NCBI GenBank assembly: GCA_965645245.1
Contig: OZ287067.1
Coordinates: forward strand, 682,001-746,000
DNA length: 64,000 bases
Direction of reading: 5' to 3'
Origin: Massalongia carnosa
Taxonomy: Eukaryota
In this document: piece after piece, positions 26,121-36,572 of the stretch
Layout of the letters: every line of letters begins with the position of its first letter
Position numbering within the stretch: the stretch's first letter is position 1
Notes under the pieces: model-generated
Seen by the model: only the letters and a program-made list of their open reading frames with translations
Database searches by the model: none
Told to the model about the DNA's origin: nothing
Translations under genes and position numbers: made by a program

Positions 26121-27226
26121 TTATGCCTTCTTGCCAAACACCCAGCCCATCTCACCACTGGGCCAGCTGTGTCTCTCGCTGCCCCACTCCAGCGTCCACC
26201 CTTCCGCTCCCGCGTTCCCACCCCCCATCAGCGCCTCCACCTCATCCCCCCACCTCGTCCTCAAGCACGAGACCAACCCGTCCAGCACCACCACTACCGG
26301 CACGACCGGCAGCACGTAAATCCAAAACAACAAGCCCCAGCGGCCCCAGAAGCGCCACCAGCCCACGGCCCACAGCACGGGGGCCAGCATCAAGATGGTG
26401 AACAAGCTCCCTAGCGTGCGGGCCTGCAGCTCGAACACGGCAAAGGCACACGCGGTGCCAGTCGTGCTGCGGAGGATGCGGCGCGCGAGTGGGTCGGGGA
26501 AGTGGTGGAAGGCGAGCGAGAAGAGGTGGATCTGTTTCTGCGGGAGGGGTTGGTGGCGGCGGGGTTCGGCGAGGGAGAGGAGGTTCGAGGGCGCGGAGGC
26601 GGCGTCGATGGGGCAGGGCACGTAGCGGATGTGCGGGCTCTGCTGGGATGCCGAGCGCCAAGCGGGGATATGTGGGTGAAGGTCGGTTAGGATGAAGTCG
26701 ACCCCGTCAGGGGCGCTGGCGCTACTTTGCGGCGAGCTTCCGTTGAGCTTCGGCGCGGTTCTCCGTTTCAGTCCTTCCCTGCGGTCCGCAAGGCTTTCCC
26801 CGCCTTCGTTCCCATCCCCGTCGTGCACATACCCATTCCTCCCGTCCAGGCGCGCTTCCCCAGAAGCTGCAGCGCGCAGTGCCTCGTTCACCACTCTCTC
26901 GATCTCACACGTTGGGCCACCGGCGCCCGAGCAGAAATCTACAAAGGTGTATTCATTGATGGAGTCGCCAAGGAGCGCTTGCAGTTTGCGCGCGACGAGC
27001 GTGGCCGGGCTGCAGGGTTGCAAGAGCGGGATGCGGAGGGTCCAGAGGAGGGTGAGCGCCGATTGGACGTGGATGCGGAGGAGGGGGGGGAACCTGTTTC
27101 GTTAAGGAAAGGGGGCGATCGTTAGTGAAGATTTGAAGGGGGAGCGTTGGGGGGAGGGGGTTTCTACCAGGCCTGGTCGTCGATTTCGAAGAGGTGGAGG
27201 CGGGGGATGGAGAGGGAAAAGGACAT
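26121..27226 (-). CDS. Putative class I SAM-dependent methyltransferase, ~343 aa, 2 exons
   Basis: Exon 1 27226-27168 (MSFSLSIPRLHLFEIDDQAW), intron 27167-27094, exon 2 27093-26121. SAM motif I VDFCSGAGGP, motif II ILTD, then FSLAFHHF and a hydrophobic C-terminal segment. Confidence 0.7.
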
Positions 27227-27637
27227 TCTCTCGGTGGCCAGAAAGTAGAGATGGCGGTCCCACTGGTTTCTGACCAACTTGGAGAAAAGGACTTCCTATG
27301 CTCAACTACAACAAAGCATTGTTGATTGAGATTCGTTCGATGAAGGTTTGGAAGGAGGTTTTTCCATGATCGACCAACCTTGTTCCGACAATGCAGGAAA
27401 CCCACCTTCGTGGTGTCGATACATACCTATGATTGATGAATGAACTCAATGCACTATATATTTCTACGTTTATATAATATATTGACAAGATATTCCGAAC
27501 TCTCTGCGCTTGAGCGTCCTGATGCAATTTGACATGTACAATCCTCCGTCCCCATTATCTTTCCATGACATAAACTATGAATATGCTCTAAATCTGCCAA
27601 AAGACGCTGCGAAATGAGAACGAAATCTAAGGTTCTG

Positions 27638-28994
27638 TTAGTCCACGTCTTCCATCATCAGCCCGTCTGGTATCTTTCGTCGCCTGAGCACCATCATCTC
27701 CAATGCAATTCCAGGCCCAAATGCACACGCAACCACATTCTCCCTCCCCTCACCCATCTTCCGCAGCTTATCCATCACGCTGATGATCGTTGCACTCGAG
27801 CTATTCCCGTAATTCATGTATATTTCATAACTGGCTCGGAGGTGCTCAGGGGTTAGGTTCATTGCTTGCTCTACCCCTGTAATAATTGTCGACCCTCCAG
27901 GATGTAATGCCCAATCGAAATCAGCAGCTAATGGAAGGTTATTGCTGGTGCTATGGAGCTCGGGGAGGGATTTTATTAGGCTTTGAAATGCGGGCGCGAC
28001 CGCAGCGGATGCTAAGAAGGGGACCCGAGGCGTCAGAACAACCTTCCACCCTGGTGCAAGAATAATCAGTAATGAGGCCAACCTCACAAATTCCAACTCG
28101 TACCTAATGGATCCACATCGAAACCCAAATCCTGGTCTGTGTCTTCCAATATTTCATGCCTCCAGCCAAGTAAATCGTATATTGACTTGGAAGGGTCGCT
28201 ATCCCCCACGCCATTGCTGAGTACTATTGAAGATGCGCAGTCGCTGAACAAGCACACCCCGATCCTCACGGCTTGATGCTGATCGATCGAGTCAAGTTCG
28301 GATCTGATGAGGAGACTCGAGATTTCACACGCTATCACCAAGACTCTAGCAGGTTTGTTCCGAAACGACGATCCGAGCGCCAGGTTCGAAGCGGTTCGTA
28401 TGGCTGCCAAGCCACCAGAACACCCAATTCCATGGAGCAGAACCTTCTCCACGCTGTTCTTAATGCCTAATTTCTTGACAACGAAATGATCAAACCCTGG
28501 GTTGGCCGAGTTTGTGCAGGTTGTTGACACGATGTGGGTAATATCATCGATGCTTCCGCCCCACTCTTTTATGGCTTTCTTACACGCATTGACTGACAGA
28601 CGCACACCTTCCTTGCGAAAATAGTCGTTAAGCTCGGTAATACTTGGTGCGTTTGGCTGGTTCACTAATGGATGGTCGACGTCGCCGATGGCGGCGCGAG
28701 TCTCTATGCCCGTATAACGATTGATGGAGAGGACCTTTTTAAGCCTTTAAGTGGCAACGCCGAGATTAGTAGGCTACAACGATGTAAACATGTATGGAGA
28801 GCAGTAGGAAAATGATATCGCACTGGAAAGTCTCACGCTATTGACGATGGATAGAATCGATTTGCCAAAGTCTCCACCGCTTCTGGTCCCAGCGAAAACG
28901 GTGGGTACTCAACGCCGAGTCCCAATATGGACAGATTCAAGCCGCTGGAGAAACTATCGGTCGCTGTACTGTGGTGCACGGCAGAAGGCGACAT
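27638..28994 (-). CDS. Type III polyketide synthase (chalcone synthase-like; ORAS/CsyA type), 403 aa, 3 exons
   Basis: Exons 28994-28837, 28744-28104 and 28050-27638. N-terminus LSILGLGVEYPP; catalytic Cys (GIGCSGG), His (WALHPGG) and Asn (YGNSSSA); CLFSD; AFGPG signature. Confidence 0.95.
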
Positions 28995-29475
28995 GGTGGT
29001 TTATTATTGACAGATCGGTCTGGTAAAGACTGTTGGGAGGCTACTCTGCAGATACGGAATATTGCCGAAAGGAGAGGGTTTCGAAAACGCAGGATTTTTA
29101 CTTCACCCCGGCCCATGATTGTGAACGATAGAATTCCATTTCACAACCCAACCCCAACCTCAAACCCCAACCCCAACCAAATACCTACATAGTACACCGT
29201 CCACCAGTCATGGCGTAATGAAACTCGAGCTAAGCGGCGACGAGATGACATCATTGACATTCAGGAACGAAAAACGCAGCGAATGATTGGGCAAATTGTG
29301 GAATTTGAATCTGGAATCTGGAAAATCCGGAATCCGAAATCTTGGATTGGTTTGCGCCACACGGGCCGCCCTCCGAGCGGAAATACTTTCTGTTTTTGGA
29401 CACTTAGGGCTCATGAAGCACGTGCCCTAGTCGATTGCAGTCTTGGGTAGCACCTCGATATGCGAAAGCCTCAAC
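28995..29475. promoter_or_regulatory. Putative bidirectional promoter between the type III PKS and P450 genes
   Basis: 481 bp between head-to-head ATGs. Contains tandem GAATCTG/GAATCCG repeats (~29308-29340) and CACGTG at 29419. Confidence 0.55.
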
Positions 29476-31375
29476 ATGTACATCATTCTACTCTACCTAC
29501 TTGTCGTCCTAGTATTGTGGGGTTTCCAAGGTCAACGAACGTCAATTAGACGTCATGGAAGAAGACTCCCGTACAGAATGCTTCTCTCCCCCCAAAAAGC
29601 GAATCTTATGCTGACAAAATACAACTAGTCGTCCACCAGGCACGCTACCGTTTGTAGGGAACGGCATCTGGTTTCTCCAGCCTCGTCATCGTCTTCTAGA
29701 CTGGTTTGTGCAATGCGAACGGCAGAGCGACCTAAGCACCTTTGAGATCTCAGTCCCATCCCTTCCACCAGGGGTTGTGATCAACGATCCGAAAAATGTA
29801 GAGCATGTCCTGAAAAACGACGAGCTCTTCATCAAAGGCAGCTTCTTCCGATCGAGGTCTTGGGATCTTTTTGGTAGGTTTTGGGCATGCTTAGCGGAAA
29901 TGGGGTGTCGGCGAAGAGCCTTGTTATATGCTGATACTTTTATCGCCCCAGGCAATGGAATCATCAACGCTGACGGGGATTTATGGAAGATTCAGCGAAA
30001 GGCAGGCCTTCGATTTTTCAGCAATGCCAACCTCAAGGAATTCATTGACCAAATCTTGCCCCCCTACCTCCATGACTTAGAAGAGCAACTCGACGCTATC
30101 GCGAGATCCTCCGGAGTAGTGGATCTACAGGAGCTTTTCTTGGAACTCACCACGCGCTTGATGGGGCAGATGGCATACGACGTAAGTATGTATTCGGGTG
30201 TAAACATACCAATTATGTATCCTCGAGCACCTAGATATGCTGCAAGGGATTCAGGGGCTGAACAACAAACCTTCTTCCGCAGATGGACATACCAGCTTCT
30301 CTGCCATTTTCAAAAGCCTTTGACTTCGCCTCCGGAGCCATAGCTGAGCGTTTCCAAAACCCCTTCTGGAAAGTCAAGGAATTCCTTTTCGGCGCCTCCC
30401 TCCGTAAAGCAATCTCGGAAGTAAAGCTCTTTAGTACCACCATCGTTGCGGCTGCTGTGCAGAAGAGGCAAAACAGACTCGAACCGAAGGAGGAACCCGT
30501 AGCTTCAAGCATCAAATCAATTCCTCAAAGTAACCTCATCGACTCCCTGCTAGATCACATCAACGACCATCAAGTAGTCGCCGATGCAGCAATGAATTAT
30601 CTTTCCGCAGGTCCTTTTGCCCCCCTTTTCTTTTCAAATGCACTTGTGCTAAATCACAACAACAGGAAGAGACACAACAGCGCAATCCCTAACTTGGACC
30701 TTCCATCTCCTAAACAACCACGCCCCCATACTCCACACCCTCCTCGCCGAACTAACCTCCCCACCCCCCCTCCCAAAAAGCCGCCTCCGAACCTTTGATT
30801 CCACCCTTCCTCCCAACCTCCCGTACACCACCGCCGTCTTCCATGAAAGTCTCCGCATCTATCCCCCTGTCCCCATCGAAATCAAAGAATGCACCGCCGC
30901 CACGACTTTCCCGGACGGGACATTCCTGCCCAAAGGCGCGCTGGTGATGTGGATCCCCTGGGCCATGGGGCGGTCGAGAAAGATCTGGGGTCCTGACGCC
31001 GACCAGTTCCGGCCGGAGCGCTGGCTTCAGACCGGCGTCGACCCAATTGAACCTGTATCCGCGAGTGACACCGCAGCACCAGCCAAACTGCTCTCGAAAA
31101 CCGCCTTTGAGTTCCCCGTTTTCAACGGCGGTGCGCGCGCGTGTTTGGGAAAGAAGATGGCGGAGGTGTTGGCCGTGGCCGTGATCGCGAGACTGGTGGA
31201 GAGGTATGAGTTTGCGGAGACGGTCGACAAGGGGAAGGGGATGGTGGAGGAACCAGGGGGCGGGGAGAGGGTGAGCCAGAGTAGTTTGACGTTGCCCATG
31301 AAGGGGGGTTTGCCGTGTTTTGTGCGAAGGAGGGACAGCTTGTCAGATGGGCAGAACCGCGGATCTCGGAACTGA
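29476..31375 (+). CDS. Cytochrome P450 of the fatty-acid omega-hydroxylase-like type (CYP86/CYP94/CYP704-like motifs)
   Basis: N-terminal anchor MYIILLYLLVVLVLW, PPGTLPFVGN hinge, GNGIINADGDLWKIQRK, I-helix AG|RDTT, ExxR (ESLR), PERW, heme motif FNGGARACLG; spliced across several introns. Confidence 0.92.
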
Positions 31376-32124
31376 ATATATGGGTACTTTTTAAGTCCAT
31401 AAACGGAACGAGTTCACCTATGAGAATACGCGTTTGGCTTTCGCTTTATAGACGTAGGAAATACTCCGAGCACGTTTGACGAAGCCTTTGCACCCGAAAC
31501 TTGATCGGCACCGCACAAAACGCAGCAACAAAGACCAACCCTTCCACCCTCCTTTATCATTTTATCCCTTCGACAACCCTAGGTAAAAACGAAAAAAGCG
31601 CTCCGTGAATCCCTCACAAAAAGCCACCCCATTAATCGTACCCGGCACCAAATGCGCTGCTGTTTCCTTTTAAAAATGAAGATGATGCCAAAAAAGATAT
31701 ACCTTGGGCAGCTGCGGGTATAAACCTGGCGAATCATGTAGCGGAAATAGAGAGGGTTTGGAGGGGGAGGGGGAAGAAAGGGGGGGAAGTATCCATTGGG
31801 TGGTTCTTAGCCGACTAGGGGTGTCGTGAGGAGCAGAATTTTCTAGCTGATCAGCGGAGAAGGGATTTCTCGCAGAATACTGTGGGAGATACCGTAGCCG
31901 CTCCTAACACTGCCATTGGGACCAGAACAGAATGACCGTGTGGCACAAGTGACTGCGTACAACGTGACTTGGGGGGTGAGTCTAAAAGGGCGGGGTTATG
32001 GTGGTTTGAAATCGCTACCCAGAACTCAATGTCCGACAAAGGGGTTTAAGGTGGAGCTTTCTCGGCTTTGCAGCTTGTTTTGGTTTCCTTAAAGGATTTT
32101 TCCAAAGCAGAATCTGAGCTTCGC

Positions 32125-33516
32125 CTATGCTATGGTGGCTGCCCCTGGAGGGTCAGTAGTGGCCTTTTGGTCCTTGTCGATCCTTGCTATTAGCTCCTTG
32201 CTGATCGGGAGCTGGGCCGGTTGTCCAACTTGCTTAAGTAACGAGGCGAGGCGCGCTTTGCTTGCTGGAATGTTTATCTCCGCGCCTAAACTCAACCACT
32301 CGTAAGCCGAAGCCCATAGTTCAATTCCGAAGGTCGCAGTGTCTTTTTGGTCCTTCGTGACTGTATTGAATAGTGGTGCTTCATGAAAAGGTAGGGGGTC
32401 ATCAGAGTTTCCGGGTTCATCGGTGAGCAGATCTTCCAAAATCGCTGCTGGCGAATCTTCCGAGGCTGTTTCTCCAGAGCGGGGGAACTCTCTGTTCTGT
32501 AACTGTTGATAATAGAGTTTCCCAAGGTACTGAATTGCCTTCGCATTGCCTGACGATGCGGCTTTCAATAAGTATATTTCAGATTGGTTTGATGACGAAT
32601 CGGAGAACCTAAGCGCGAGCCAAACGTATGCGAGTGGATCATCGTATTCAAAGGCAGCTTTCTTAAGTGCCTCCTTCGCCGCTTCCAAATCTCCCTTCTG
32701 GACACTGAGCCTAGCGACCGCTTTCAATGGATTAGCCAGATTAATGCACATGTTTCCAGCACCCTCACTTAGGCTCGGATCGCTCGAGACTTTGGTACTT
32801 TCGACAAAGGCCTCAAGGGCACGGGTTTTCTTGCCTTGGGACTCGTAGATCCTCCCTTGCAGGTAGAGAGCGACTGGATTCCTCGCAGACACAAGGCTTT
32901 GCAAATGCTTGCGCGGCTGGTCAAAGGCAATACTGCCCAATTTGCCGGTCCTGATACCTTGATCAATCAAGATCAGGGTTGCATTTGGATCTTGCAGACT
33001 TGAAGCTGACATCAAAAGGTCTTGAGCAATCGCATAAGTAGCCTCAGTTCTTGCCATAAGCAACGCTCGGCCAAGCTCACTTAACACTGATAGTTCGATG
33101 CGATGTTCTGAGTGCCATTAGTGATGAAAATATCAAAGGCATCAAACATTAACCATACTTAAACAGAAATCTTTAATAGATCCCGAAGTAGATTTGAGTT
33201 TCTGGAAGTCATTTAGAATAGCCTCAGCTGTCTTCGAGGATACTGAAAGCGCGCCATGTTCCTTCGCGGCATCGAAGATGTAGTTTGGCCATTCCTGAAC
33301 AGCAGCAGTCTTCTTTGGTGGTGCTGACGCGTTTGAAAAGCGCAACGTTTGCGTTGCCTTTTGCTTCCGCCTCTGTTCGATATTCTCTACTTTGGGGGAG
33401 CGAGCGAGGGCTCGTAAACATTGCCTGGTGGAGAAACGAGATAGTCCAAAGCTTACATTATTAGAACGTCTAGAGCTCGCAAGACATATTTGAGTAACTA
33501 TGCCATACATGCTCAT
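32125..33516 (-). CDS. Sel1-like-repeat protein, probably mitochondrial (Mss2-like), 2 exons
   Basis: Arg/Ser-rich N-terminus resembling a presequence; Sel1-type repeats (ALYLQGRIY, YLLKAASSGNAKAIQYLGKLY, AYEWLSLGAE). The intron GTATGG...CTAAT...CAG joins ORFs 33142-33564 and 32125-33087. Confidence 0.7.
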
Positions 33517-33830
33517 ACATACCGCAGCAGCTGCGAGCAACAAGGAGGTTAGGGTGATCCGCACGTGACTGGATAACTATTTAGTTCAAACAACGGAAGA
33601 ACTCCTCCGATTCCGCGACTAAAAATCTTAGCAGCACGCACAAAAAACGTTTCCCGGAGCAAGGGTATTACACCCCGAGACACTAGCAAATTCCAACTCT
33701 CAATGTTATTTTCGCTTCTTCAATACGTCTAACACCTATTTTAAGCTCGAGGTCTTCTACGCAATAACCACCGTGTTCTCTACTAGATTCACAAATACAG
33801 TCTAAAGTTGCGAAAGCTGTCGAGGAAGCG

Positions 33831-35062
33831 ATGGCTTCCACCGGAAGTACGGACCACCCCTCGTCGGCCGAAAGATCCAGCAGTCCGGCGGTCAAAGAGT
33901 CCCCTGCAATCTCGAGTAAGAAGAGAAAGGCTTGGCCTGATTCAGAGATCCTTAGTGAATCGCAGTCAAAAAGGAGACGAAATACTGCTTTAGAAGATGA
34001 CGAACCATCAAGTGAATCCACCAGAGAGGATTTTGTCAATGTGGATAAAAAATCTTATATAAATGGAGGCACAGGGATTCCATTGAGTATACAACGAGTG
34101 GAAACCAGTGGGACTCGACCTACTGTGGGTAAAACACAACGACTGGCCATGGTAGAGATCGTGAAGACGGGGAACAAGCCAACGCAAAGCGTGAGCCCTA
34201 ATGATCCACTACCTAGTGACGTTGCATCCGTTTCATATCTCCCTGATGCTATCAGTAATGAGGCAGCTCCTATCAGAGGTTTGAATTCAACCCATAAAAA
34301 GGTTGGCAGTGATCAAACGGAGTTATACTCACTCCATCCTGTTGCAAAAAAAACTTATAAGGCACCCGTCAACAAAACATCAGAAGGTATCATCGAAACC
34401 TCCAGCAACGAAGAAAGTGATGATGAGGCACCAGAAACTGTGACAGCTGCAGTCAGCCATGAACAAGTACGCACAGTTGCTGCCAAAGCAGCCAAAGTTG
34501 TCAAAAGGTAAACAACTCCATAAACTATCCATTATGATTATCGCTGAGTCACAGCAGACAGCGAGAAGCAGCAATGCAGAAACGGAAAGAGAGGGATACA
34601 CGCCTGAAATTGCAAGCCAAAGCGTCGCGGAAACGAGATATCATCCATCCGCTTTCCACAGAATTAGCACCAGACCCCAACCTTCATAGTATTCCCATCC
34701 AGGACCCCCCTTCTTGGTCCGCTAATACCCCCCTTCCCGCCCTTCTCCCGGACGAGATCCTACTAGCAAAGCCTTCACCCCCACCACAAAAAATCCCATC
34801 TTTTAAATACCTACACCCAAAACCCCTACCTAACCTTAAAAAACTACTTGTCATCGACTCCAAACCCTCGAAAGATATCCACTACGGCTCGAAAACTATA
34901 CGTGTCCTGGAGGCCAATCGTTCCCTTCTGCCTCCGCGGGTGTCACAGACCAGTAAGCTGCTCCGCGAGTCATGGCTCACAGGCAACCGTGGGTCCGCCG
35001 GCGGGCAGGGCCAGGGGTCCGTTCCGCGTCGTAAACTGGGCGGTGGATTTTTGCGGAAATAG
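33831..35062 (+). CDS. BUD21: U3 snoRNA-associated protein (Bud21/Utp16-like), 2 exons
   Basis: SDDEAPETVT motif, KRKERDTRLKLQAK, LPALLPDEIL, LRESWL; intron ~34508-34556. Confidence 0.7.
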
Positions 35063-35113
35063 ATTGATGATACTCCTTGGTGAGGACTTGATTAGACAGC
35101 CATAGAACTCTCT

Positions 35114-35788
35114 CTAGCTTAATGGAGACGGAGGAGTGGGTGGTTGGCCGTTTGTCGCCTTGGGTGCAACTCCGAAAAGTTTTCTTATCCGGTGCTTCAT
35201 CTTCGTTTTCGACAACGACACATCAGTTTTTCTTTTTCCCGCCTCATCCTGGTCACTGCTGCCGTCAGATACTACGGCATGCACCCACGACGTCTCCTCC
35301 CTCTCATCCATATACGGCTGCCGCCCAGTAACTTTTCCCCCATCATTTAGCCTTTGCGTCCTGGTCACCACTTCACAAAGTTCGCAATCCCGCACGTAGC
35401 AAACGCCATCACCTAGCGTGCGCCCATTCTCGTTCACATCCACAAGTGGGGTAAGTGTTTTCCGAAACGTTCTGCCGAGCAGGTATGAGAGCTCCAGGTC
35501 GCTGCCTTCTTCGGAGCGGCTGTCGTTATTTGGACTTTGTTGCACCCAGTCGGTAGGAGTTTCGCCTCTGCCTTGCTGCGACGGCAAGAAAGGGTCATGG
35601 TTGTGGTGTTGGCCGTGGTTACCGTCATCGCCGCTAGTACTGCTGTGGGGGAGGGAGTGGCCAAGGGTAGAGGTGTTGATGCTACGCTGCGAGATGAGCC
35701 AATCCTTGGTGCGCTCATGGCGGGAGCGGGCAGCGGGAGAGGTTGCGCGAGCGATGAGCTGGGAGAAGCGGCCTGATACTACTGGCAT
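35114..35788 (-). CDS. Hypothetical protein, 224 aa
   Basis: ATG-initiated single ORF with a CYVRDCELC motif; no family recognised. Confidence 0.5.
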   Translation of the reverse strand: MPVVSGRFSQLIARATSPAARSRHERTKDWLISQRSINTSTLGHSLPHSSTSGDDGNHGQHHNHDPFLPSQQGRGETPTDWVQQSPNNDSRSEEGSDLELSYLLGRTFRKTLTPLVDVNENGRTLGDGVCYVRDCELCEVVTRTQRLNDGGKVTGRQPYMDEREETSWVHAVVSDGSSDQDEAGKRKTDVSLSKTKMKHRIRKLFGVAPKATNGQPPTPPSPLS

Positions 35789-36572
35789 CTCTGTTCCCGT
35801 TTCCTAAACCGTACTCTTGAAGGAGATGGTGGATGGGCGTTGGATATACCCTGGACCCTGTTTGGCTTGCTTGATAGCCAGGGGGGGCCACACCAAGAAG
35901 GTTATAGCCAACTCTTAAGTTTAAGGAGACGGCTCTATACGATTCTTCCTTCCCGGTTAGGATGAATAAGATGATGTTGAACTAAGTATTTGTCTGTCTG
36001 TTAGAAAGGAAAGAACTCGTTCAAGGTGAAGAGTTGACTGATAAGCGACTCACCCCTTCCCTTATGTATATATATAAATATATACAACTCTCCTAAGCCC
36101 CCTCCCCTCCAACCGTACAAAAAAACAAACAAAACAAAGTAAGAGACATGCTTTCGTTCTTGGCTTTCTCTTTCACTCACATGCAACGCTTCCCAAGCCC
36201 AAGTCCGGTTTCTTCAAGAAAGGGGAGGGGAGGATGAAGCATGTGAAAAACGAGTGAGACGTTAGGAGCGAGTGAGCGAGTGGGTGAGTGGTAATGGGAT
36301 GTTGGAATGAATGGAGGGAGGTAGGAAAAGCACATGTTTTTATTTTTATATACTGGGAAATGGGAAGAGGGATGGAGTTGATGGGTTAGCAAATGGGTAA
36401 CTCTGTAAGTAAATAATTTAAATAAAAAACCGAGTGGGGATATAATATATGTAAATAAGATAACCCGCTTTTGAAACCACTCACTAATTCACTCATTCAC
36501 CCCTTGCTCCCTCCAAATACTTCTCTTCCTCCCCACCCCTCCACTCTCTCCAACCACTCACCCCAAAGTCCC

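Noticed and set aside
26123..27405. Many overlapping alternative-frame and antisense ORFs over the methyltransferase gene
   Set aside because: By-product of high GC content (few stop codons); the translations are low-complexity.
29405..29429. TAGGGC(TC)...GCCCTA inverted pair resembling the hAT TIR ends, in the PKS/P450 spacer
   Set aside because: Only 6-8 bp match, 25-bp span and no flanking TSD; likely chance.
31400..32100. Splice-like signals and a short ORF (MAVLGAAT...) on the minus strand between the P450 and Sel1 genes
   Set aside because: No coherent reading frame or recognisable RNA motif could be assembled.
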